Origin: Anthoceros angustus
Lineage: Eukaryota; Plantae; Anthocerotophyta
Length of the DNA stretch: 64,000 nucleotides
Assembly (NCBI GenBank): GCA_010909165.1
Contig: MU008193.1
Span: forward strand, 353,631 to 417,630
Reading direction: 5' to 3'
Shown here: in pieces, positions 1 to 9,299 of the stretch
How positions within the stretch are numbered: the stretch's first letter is position 1
How the letters are laid out: each line of letters starts with the position of its first letter
Position numbers and translations under genes: made by a program
Notes under the pieces: model-generated
What the model was told of the DNA's origin: nothing
Seen by the model: the letters and a program-made list of their open reading frames with translations, nothing else
The model's database searches: none

Positions 1-870
1 AAGGGCGCTCCCACTTTTGTGCATGATTGATCCGGACAGTGCTTGAAGAAGAAGATGCGGACCCGGAGGAGATCAGAGCCCAGCATTACACCCTAGGGGT
101 GCTGGGAGGGAACCATTGCTATGCCGCCATGCGAACATCTCGAAATGTATCCGTGGAAGATAAATTTCAATGGCTCGAGGCCATGTATATGCGAGCTTGA
201 CAGGAAGAAATGAGGGTCTTGTGATGATCACAATGTGTATGCGACAAGAGGAAGAAGCTTGGTTTTATTGAACAAGTCTACATACATGATGAGCTTGAGA
301 TTTGGCACCGGACACACCCGATGGAAAACCTCATGCGGTGGAAGTTCAATGTGTACAAGTTCTTTGGGGATCTTTGGAGGAAACTCAAGGACACGATTAT
401 GTGGAAGATGGTGGACGGAAGACTCTGCCGTTGAGGATTGCGAGGTGCGAGGGGTAAATTGTGGGAAACGTGGACACCATTTTCCGATGTGGGAGAAGTG
501 CGAACTCCCAGGCGGGCGGGCAGCCGATCGGGGCGGCAGGCGGGCGGCAAAGCGGAAGCCACAAGACCCAACTTCTAGCAAGGCCGGTCCCGGCCCCCCT
601 CGTCGGCTCCAATGCTCGGAAGGGCATGGAGAGCATTCAAGGAGTCCCGAAGGGCGAGAAGGGTGAGGAGATGTTGATAGCATGACCGGTCATCCAAGGA
701 AAGCTGCTAAAAGATATGGATACGATGTTGGCAGAAGAAGATTAACCTTATCGAGCATGCCTTTCGAAGGCTATGAAGTGTGCCACCTTATTTGAAGTCG
801 TAAGCAGTTTCCTAAACATCACGAGGCCAAGGAATTGGCGAAGTTTCAAGCGACTTTTGCGAAAGTGGTA
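1..870 (+). CDS. ParB-like domain gene, paralog of the N-terminal half of the 1500-4340 gene (5' end outside window, frame-broken, apparently truncated after its intron donor)
   Basis: Stitched translation PLLCMIDP..YTLGVLGGNHCYAAMR (VLGGNH at 99-116), WKFNVY, LWETVDTIF.MWEKCELP, IQGKL, AKFQATFAKV followed by GTAAGT at 868-873. Each block matches the minus-strand paralog. Confidence 0.65.
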
Positions 871-1499
871 AGTGAGCGTATTCGTTAGGGGAGTGCGGCC
901 CGGTGCAGTCGCGGTGGCCAGCGCCTCCCTTCTTGTTTGTTTCCGTGGGCGCAAGGAGGCGGCGGGCCGCCCGGCGCGCTCCGGCGCTGGCACGCGCACT
1001 CGGTCGGGCGCCATGCCTCCTCCTTGCGCCATCCAACATGTTCAGCGGTGGAGTCGCGGTTGACCGTGCACCTAATCTTGACGTCTGTTCTAAAAGGGTT
1101 TCTCTTGAAACCCCCTTTTTGCAGCCTACGTTCGTTGCACAGCTGCGTGAAATCCATGAATCGACCTTTTTGTATTTCTCCATGACAGTCACGCAAACAT
1201 TTCAATTTTTGGTGCGATACGATATGGGACATTACGCATCGAAATTACGAGAAAACCATCGAGACATTCACGATCGACTTTTCCTTGGTGGCCATGCTAT
1301 TTGTGCACAAACTTGCGCGCACTCACATTTGCGTCTCCAACATTGACATCGGTCTATGTTTCTAGCTAGTTTGGCGAATGTTGTCTTTCCGTCCTCGGGA
1401 CGACGATGTCATCGTTCTCTTGCGGTAGTTGCGGATCGTAAATAGCAAGAGGAAGATATGGCGTTTCTCCACCTTGGGACTCGCCAAAGCGTCTCGGAT

Positions 1500-4340
1500 G
1501 TTGGTTGTCCCAAGTAGTCGCTTTCTTACGGTCTTAGCACTTCTTTCCCTTACGTGTTCTTAGGGTTATCGGACCTTTTTGCCATCTTCTCCTTCTTCCG
1601 GGCCCCGTGATTGACTCAAGTCTTGAAGGTCGATGGGTGCGCATGTTCCTTGAACCAAGTGTGGCGTTGCGGCCACAGGCCAGATCTCCTCCGCCATCTC
1701 TTTGGCAAAAAAACCGGATGTCCACGTTTGTGTGGTTTGGTGGTCAACTCTTCCTCGTCAGGAAACACTTCATGGCACATGTCTGTTCGATGAATATTGT
1801 GCTCCTCTGTTCTTGGTCAACGACAATACAGTTCCTCCCTTCGATGTCATAATTCCTCCAGCTTCCATCCATCTATAACCCATTCCCTCTTTACGTGAAT
1901 AGGTCATATGCGGGACCATCAACCCTATTGGCTTTTGGTAAGGAGAAACAACATGGCCATCGTTGGACACATTCAAAAGTTTCTTCACGATTGCGCTATG
2001 TCGAATAAGCGAGCATTGCTCCAATCTCGGTGCCGCTATTGGACAATGCACGCACTTCCTCATATCTTCAACGTTGGGTGAACACCATACCCACATCATG
2101 TACTCATGATTCTCGTAAAGTCCCTCGTCCAGACCAAATTGTCTTTCTCCCGGACCATTGTATAAACCCCCTTTTCACACCATTTTCGCGGTGCATTTGG
2201 ACATCCGCATCAGTGCGGTCCATGCATAAATATCACGGAAAGTCTTGCATTCGGTGATTGTCATGAATCCATCCATTATCTTCTCCAAATCCTCACATGT
2301 CATCTCCTTATCCCATGTCTCCGATAAATTGCCCCTTGGTAAATCGGCGACCACGACTTGTATTCTCTTTTCCCCAAGTAGGCAGCCATTTCACGAATAT
2401 CACCAGTTATTACCTGGTAACGGACCTTTTGCTTGCTTTTCGGAACATGGAAAATGTCTAGTTTTGCGTCGTTGTCTTCCTCTGCCAGCTCTCTCTGCAA
2501 ATCTTCCACCCTCTTCCAATTTCTTGCCGCATTGATGTGCTCTTTGAAGCTATCGGGTATCATCTTCTCTTTGTACTCTTCAGCCTGCTTCAGTGTCTGC
2601 ACAGGATGGAGACGTTCATAGGTCGAACTTGAAGACGAGTGCGCAAACTAGTTTGCGCACTTGCTAACTCGTGGCGACGCGCATGTACTTACAATGTGAT
2701 CAAACACGGTTGAAATTTCGCTATATCTTACGGTGTTGAGTGCCTCGGATATTCTCTCTCAACCGCAAATGAATTGCACCTCGGTCGAGCAAATCTTTCG
2801 GATGACATTCAACTTCTTGGCCTTCGTTATCCACGTTTTCATGCGCTCACGGTCAACTCGCCTTGAATCACTTTCTCCGGTGACGGCATAATCCTTTCAC
2901 GCTTCACAGGCATGCCAGAAAACTCTCCAATTGGTCGCATGCATTGGCTTTATCATCAAATTTGGATCCCGCTGCGGCTCATGTCAAGACACGTTTTGAT
3001 TTCCCCTCTTGCTGCCTTTCTTCCGGTTACCTTGCTGGAAGCTCACCCCTCTCCCAAAGATCGAAAACCTCGTCCACCCGTGTCCACACATGAGGCGGGA
3101 CACTAGCAATACAAGGCGGTTTACGGTCGACAAGTGCATTTCTTCCCGATCGGCGTCGCCGATGGCGCCTAGCATCCGATATAGATTGTACTTCCAATCC
3201 ATTGTAATGCTAATACCCTCCTCACCGCAATTTTCATTTCATCGTGAATATCGGACTTGCTCAATGAAAGACATCCTCTTAGGAAATCTGCCTTGACATT
3301 GTGATGCTGGCGGAGCATCTGCACAGGTTAAGCACATATATATGAGCTTCCATATCTTTGGAAGTGTGAGTTCTCCGGGTCTTACAGTTGGAGCGCATAG
3401 AAACGTGGTTCCCACCAATACTCCCATGGTGTCTGCCTTTTCAACTTGTCTTTGTCAAAGACCTCTACGCTTCTCCTTGGATCGATCATACATAGCGGAG
3501 GAAGTACTCCCTCTTGCAGGTCCCTTTTAATTTCCGGAGAAGATGTTTTCCCCATGATTCATCCACTCTTGGATCGGCGTCACGAGTAATGTAGTCTGCG
3601 CTTCTCGGCTTGGTGATGGCAACCATATCTGTCGGAATGCACCTCTTTTGTCTTGACTCTGATGATGCAGGTCCTTATCTTTGTTGGGCTCGCTCCACTC
3701 TGTCGTTGTCCGTCGGCCACTTTGGTGATAGCTGACCCGTCGGCCAGTGTCTCGTCAATGTCATTACTCTTCCTCTTTTCCCTTTTGGTTTACCTTTCGT
3801 CCTTGCGGTGGCTGGAACATCGCGTCTACCTCCTTGAGGTTGGTTGTACAGGCTCGCTCCTTCACGATTCTTTGACCCTACTGTCCAAACTTTGTAGAAG
3901 CTGCTGGGCATCGTCCAATGCATGGCGATTCTTCGGGACATTTGACGAACGTTTTGAGCCACCCTCGCTATGTATATCCTCTCTGTTGTTGTCGTGTGCT
4001 TCAACTCTATCGGTTGTCGATGCATCTCTTCGTCCTCAACATCTTCATTTGCGGTTTCATGCTCTTCATATTCACTATCTCGTCATCCGAATATCTATAC
4101 TGTGGCAAGTACCTCTCATTTCTGTTCCATTGAATCGTCATGAATTTCCCATATTGAGCGGTGATGGTGCTTTGGTCGTGGTTATGCTTTTTAGCCTCTC
4201 CATCGCTATCTCGGAGAGGATCGCTTTCACAAGCTTGTTCGGCCATCTTCATCATCATCAACCCGAACTATTTCTTTTGGACAACGCCCGGATAGTCCCG
4301 AATATGCATCACAAAGACAACCACGCCTCCATTAACCGGA
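1500..4340 (-). CDS. ParB-like + beta-class N4/N6 DNA methyltransferase-like fusion (MTase-1), frame-broken in this assembly, one intron 2692-2597; ends approximate
   Basis: VLPLCMIDP..MGVLGGNH (3405-3428; duplicate copy 5690-5712). After the GT-AG intron: RYQVITGDIRE, motif IV VVVADLPRG...WD (2331-2345), HEYMMW, motif X SPYQKPIGLM (1929-1940), motif I EWVIDG (1868-1885), motif II GRNCIVVD (1816-1839). The order IV...X-I-II is the beta class. Confidence 0.75.
2638..2661. repeat. Perfect 24-bp palindrome AGTGCGCAAACTAGTTTGCGCACT inside the MTase-1 intron
   Basis: Read directly; equals its own reverse complement. Confidence 0.95.
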
Positions 4341-4423
4341 TGCATCAACCGAAACATCCTTTGGCCGACGGTACACAAAGGCGGGCACCGGTCCTCGTCC
4401 CCACTTCAGGGCCGGACGGGGTG

Positions 4424-4817
4424 CATGCGCGCGCTGAAATGCGCGCAAGTGCGCGCATGCGGCGCGCAAGTGCGCGCAAGTGCGCGCACTTGTGCGCGCA
4501 TGGAGTCGTGCGCGCAAGTGCGCGCAAGTGCGGCGCAAAGTCGTTGTCCTCGCATGCGGCGCGCACGGGCTCCCGTGGCCCGGCGCTCTCACGGACTTGC
4601 GGCGGGCCAGGGGTCATCACGCCTGCGGCGCAGGTCTCGTGCGCGCACTTGTGCGCGCACTTGCGCACTCCTCATGCGCGCAAGTGCGCGCAAGTGCGCG
4701 CAAGTGCGGCGCGCAAGTGCGCGCATGCGCGCGCTGTGCGCGCCTTTTCAGCACCGTGCGGCGCAAGTGCGCGCCGCGGGTTCTCATGGTACCCGGTGCG
4801 CGCACTTGTGCGCGCCG
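4424..4817. repeat. GC-rich array of GCGCGCAAGT / GCACTTGTGCGC units in both orientations
   Basis: Read directly; lies just upstream of the minus-strand MTase-1 gene. Confidence 0.95.
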
Positions 4818-5136
4818 ATCATCTCCGGCACATGGCTCATGGTGCAATCACGAAAAAGTGGGTGGTCGATTCTCTTCGTACATACCTTGTCACTTGTCAT
4901 GGCGGCGTCAAGTCCGCCGGTCTTGGGTATTGCATCGCCTTGGAATCGGTTGTCGCACTCAATACCGGTGGCGATTAGAATTCCTCAAAAGAACTTCTCC
5001 CTCATTGTGCATATCAAGAGTTTGATTACGCATTGCGGCGGACTTCATACTTCCAAGCCCATAGAATGTACCCAACCACAATCTTACATGTCCTCAACGC
5101 ATCCATATACCCGTTCACCCAGGCGGGATGGGATCA

Positions 5137-5343
5137 AAATTCTCTGTAGAGTCGGTTCCTTCTTCATGTATGCACCATTCCTTGTCCTAGCCCTTACGAT
5201 AGATCTGCAAATCTCGATCAACACATTTTCTCAGCGAGAAAATTCTCCTGTAGAGTCGGTTCCTTCTTCATGTATGCACCATTCCTTGTCCGGTACATTA
5301 CGATAGATCTGCAAATCTCGATCAACACATTTTCTCACGAGAA
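5137..5343. repeat. About 102-bp tandem duplication (also present at about 7427-7633)
   Basis: AAATTCTC..GTAGAGTCGGTTCCTTC...ACACATTTTCTCA occurs twice in each copy of the larger duplication. Confidence 0.9.
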
Positions 5344-6671
5344 AGGATTCTCCAATGTGGTCCACACACATGAGGGACACTAGCAATGCCGCAGCGGTTT
5401 CGGTCGACAAGTCGCGCATTTCTTCCGATCGGCGTCGCCGATGGCGCCTAGCATCCGATATAGATTGTACTTCCAATCCATTGTAATGCTAATACCCTCT
5501 CGATTTTCATTTCATCGTGAATATACGGACTTGCTCAATGAAAGACATCCTCTTAGGAAATCTGCCTTGACATTGTGATGTGGCGGACACGCATCTCTGC
5601 ACAGGTTAAGCTGCATATATATGAGCTTCCATATCTTTGGAAGTGTGAGTTCTCCGGGTCTTCTGCGTGCGTTGGAGCGCATAGAAGGCTGGTTCCCACC
5701 CAATACTCCCATGGTGTCTGCTGCCTTTTCAACTTGTCTTTGTCAAAGACCTCACGCGCACTCCTTGGATCGATCATACATAGCGGAAGTACTCCCTCTT
5801 GCACGGGTCCCTTTTAATTTCCGGAGAAGATGTTTTCCCCATGATTCATCCACTCTTGGATCGGCGTCACGAGTAATGTAGTCTGCGCTTCGGCTTGGTG
5901 ATGGCAACCATATCTGTATCACGGAATGCACCTCTTTTGTCTTGACTCGAATTTGATGTAACGGGTCCTTATCTTTGTTGGGCTCGCTCCACTCTGTCGT
6001 TGTCCGTGACTTTGGTGATATGGCCGTCGCTGGTGTCTCGTCAATGTCATTACTCTTCCTCTTTTCCCTTTTGGTTTACCTTTCGTCCTTGCGGTGTGGA
6101 ACATCCGTCTACCTCCTTGAGGTTGGTTGTACAGGCTCGCTCCTTCACGATTCTTTGACCCTCTTGTCCAAACTTTGTAGAAGGCTGGGCATCGTCCAAT
6201 GCATGGCGATTCTTGGGACATTTGAAGCGTTTTGAGCCACCCTCGCTATGTATATCCTCTCTGTTGTTGTTGCTTCAACTCGCGGTTGTCGATGCATCTC
6301 GTCCTCAACATCTTCATTTGCGGTTTCATGCTCTTCATATTCTCTCACGTCATCCGAATATCTATACTGGTGCAAGTACCTCTCATTTCTGTTCCATTGA
6401 ATCGTCATCGAATTTCCCATATTGAGCGCGGATGGCGGTGCTTTGGTCGTGGTTGCGACCTTTTCCTAGCCTCTCCATCGCTATCTCGGAGGATCGCTTT
6501 CCTAGCTTGTTCGGCCATCTTCATCATCATCAACCCGAACTATTTCTTTTTGGACAAGCCGATAGTCCCGAATATACGCATCACAAAGACAACCACGCCT
6601 CCATTAACCGGATGCATCAACCGAAACATCCTTCGGCTTGGTACACAAAGGCGGGCACCGGTCCTCGTCCC

Positions 6672-7065
6672 CGCACTTGTGCGCGCAAGTGCGCGCAAGT
6701 GCGCGCAAGTGCGCGCACTTGTGCGCGCAGTGCGCGCCGCAGATCGCGCGCGCATGCGGCGCGCAAGTGCGCGCATGCGCGCACTTGTGCGCGCATGCGG
6801 CGCGCAAGTGCGCGGCCTCGCATGCGCGCGCATGCGCGCGCACTTGTGCGCGCCGATCCGTCCACGGACTTGCGGCGGGCGGGTCCGCGCCGCACTTGTG
6901 CGCGCAAGTGCGCGCAAGTGCGCGCATGCGCGCACTTGTGCGCGCACGCTCCTCATGCGCGCAAGTGCGCGCAAGTGCGCGCACTTGTGCGCGCAAGTGC
7001 GCGCATGCGGCGCGCAAGTGCGCGCAAGTGCGCGCAAGTGCGCGCAAGTGCGGCGCAAAGCACGC
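6672..7065. repeat. Second copy of the GCGCGCAAGT array, with different unit number and order
   Basis: Read directly. Confidence 0.95.
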
Positions 7066-8591
7066 GGGTTCTCATGGTACCCGGTCGCGGCGCGCGATGC
7101 ATCTCCGGCACAGGCTGCGGTGATGGTGCAATCACGAAAAAGTGGGTGGTCGATTCTCTTCGTCTACATACCTTGTCACTTGTCATGGCGGCGTCAAGTC
7201 CACTTGAGTCTTGGGTATTGCATCGCCTTGGAATCGGTTGTCGCACTCAATACCGGTGATGGCTTAGAATTCCTCAAAAGAACTTCTCCCTCATTGTGCA
7301 TATCAAGAGTTTGATTACGCATTGCGGCGGACTTCATACTTCCAAGCCCATAGAATGTACCCAACCACAATCTTACGTGTCCTCAAGCGCATCCATATAC
7401 CCGTTCACCCAGGCGGGATGGGATCAAAATTCTCTGTAGAGTCGGTTCCTTCTTCATGTATGCACCATTCCTTGTCCTAGCCCTTACGATAGATCTGCAA
7501 ATCTCGATCAACACATTTTCTCAGCGAGAAAATTCTCCTGTAGAGTCGGTTCCTTCTTCATGTATGCACCATTCCTTGTCCGGTACATTACGATAGATCT
7601 GCAAATCTCGATCAACACATTTTCTCACGAGAAAGGATTCTCCAATGTGGTCCACACAATCCGATATCATCGAAAAATTTTGATGCCACTCATCCGGCGG
7701 GCTGATGCTCCCTTGCTTGGCTTGGGCCTCATTGTGATGTCCCTTGTGAAGGCCCACTCTTCCTATCGGATGCTCCTTGTGGGAGGAGAGTCGACTTTAC
7801 GGTGATGGTGGATGTTGGTGGTTCATGACCACCACCGAACCTCCTCTGCTGCACTCTTCCGTTTCGAAGCTCCTTCGACATTGGCTTGTCCTTTTGCGTT
7901 TTGGAGGTTTGGGGTGAGGTTGAGGCTCTACAAAGTTGGCTTTGTTTTACGCGCATGGGATGGACATGCTGTCACGCGGATGCACCGTCAAGCATTAGAG
8001 GAAAAGCAGGCACCCCAAACCATGCGGAAAGAATGGAATGTTGAAGTTGTCTTCATTTCATGAAACAAGCCAAATTATAGATCCAGGAAACACCTATTTC
8101 GGGCTCCCTTTGAAGGCTCTTCTTCACAAGCCTCTTCTTCACGGGCTCCCTTTCACGCCTCACACTCGGCACAACCAAGCAAGGCATGCCACAAGCAAAC
8201 ACTGCGGGTGCCTTCCACACCCAAGCACCAAGGCCCATGACCCAAACATGGTGCCTTTCACACCCAAGCACCAAGGGTGCATAACATAAGCAACCAGCAG
8301 CTTGCGCGCACCAGCCACACTGCGAAGCGGACCGGGCCTTTTGTCACCCACGATTTTGGGCGAACACACACACAGTGGCGAAGACTTCACCTGCGGTTTT
8401 AAGTTCGACTGGTTGCCTTGCGACGCCTCAAGCGCCATGAGGTTGCCAACCCGACAGAGGTCTCGGCCTATGTCACTTGGCGCCCTCAACCGCCGATTCA
8501 AAGTCTGTGCTGTTCAAAGCGGAGCCCTTGTGCGGATCGCCTCCAATCAAGGATGCATGTCGCCCACTAGCGCAGTTCCTTGTCGGAGAGA

Positions 8592-9030
8592 CCCTCAAGT
8601 CGCGGATGCACATGGGAGATGCACGCTGCAAGAGCACAGTCGCCCACGAAGCAGCGCTCTTCCTATCTCACATGCGCATCCACGATTCTCGGCAAAACCG
8701 GATGCCTTGTGTGCAGCACGCAATCGCTCAAGCAAGGCGGACCAGCAGCGCGCGGTCTTCCCTATCGCGCTCAACCACCGATTCACACACAACTCATGCC
8801 CAACACGTTCCTTGTTCAGACCCTCAAGTCGCAGATGCACATGGGAGATGCACGCTGCAAGAGCACGAAGTCGCCCACGCAGCAGCGCCGATCTCACATG
8901 CGCATCCACCACGATTTGCAAAACGCGGATGCCTTGTTATGCAGCGCAATCGCTCAAGCAAGGCGGGCACAGCGCTCACGCGGATGCAAGTCGCACACCA
9001 TCAGCAGCGCTCTTGCCCATGTTACTTAGG
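8592..9030. repeat. About 228-bp imperfect tandem repeat (2 copies) upstream of the transposase-like gene
   Basis: CCCTCAAGTCGC(G/A)GATGCACATGGGAGATGCACGCTGCAAGAGCAC starts at about 8592 and again at about 8820. Confidence 0.85.
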
Positions 9031-9088
9031 CGGAAGGAATCTCAAACTTGCCTAAGTGGGTTAACTAACTGCGGGTTGAAGGTTAGGT

Positions 9089-9096
9089 TAGGGTTT
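9089..9096 (+). promoter_or_regulatory. Telo-box (TAGGGTTT) about 200 bp upstream of the transposase-like coding region
   Basis: Motif match at a plausible promoter position; function not shown. Confidence 0.35.
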
Positions 9097-9299
9097 CCGT
9101 TATAGCCCTTATTTCAAGCGAGCGTTTGATAATTAACATTGGCGGCTACTATAGCAGGTTAAACACGCCACCATAATCATGTATGCATATTTTAACGTTC
9201 AAACACGGATGGACAAACTCCATAATCAGCACTTCTTCGTCTCATAGTTGCGGACCATGCTCGAAGTTTGAAGGAGCGGTGAAATCTGACGCTTCTCCA

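Larger units (their letters stand above)
3083..7658. repeat. About 2.28 kb direct tandem duplication (about 3083-5368 and 5361-7658) with TCCACACA microhomology at the junction
   Basis: Copies align throughout (ParB exon, N-terminal region, GCGC array, downstream coding-like region) and differ mostly by small indels. Confidence 0.9.

Noticed and set aside
4322-4337. 16-nt exact match GTTAATGGAGGCGTGG shared with about 18887-18902
   Set aside because: About one such match is expected by chance in 64 kb on two strands, and the flanks do not align.
3653-7314. Long plus-strand ORFs (3653-4978, 4425-5306, 6232-7314) with ARKCAQVRAS repeats
   Set aside because: Shadow ORFs: antisense to the real minus-strand gene and running through a stop-free GC array.
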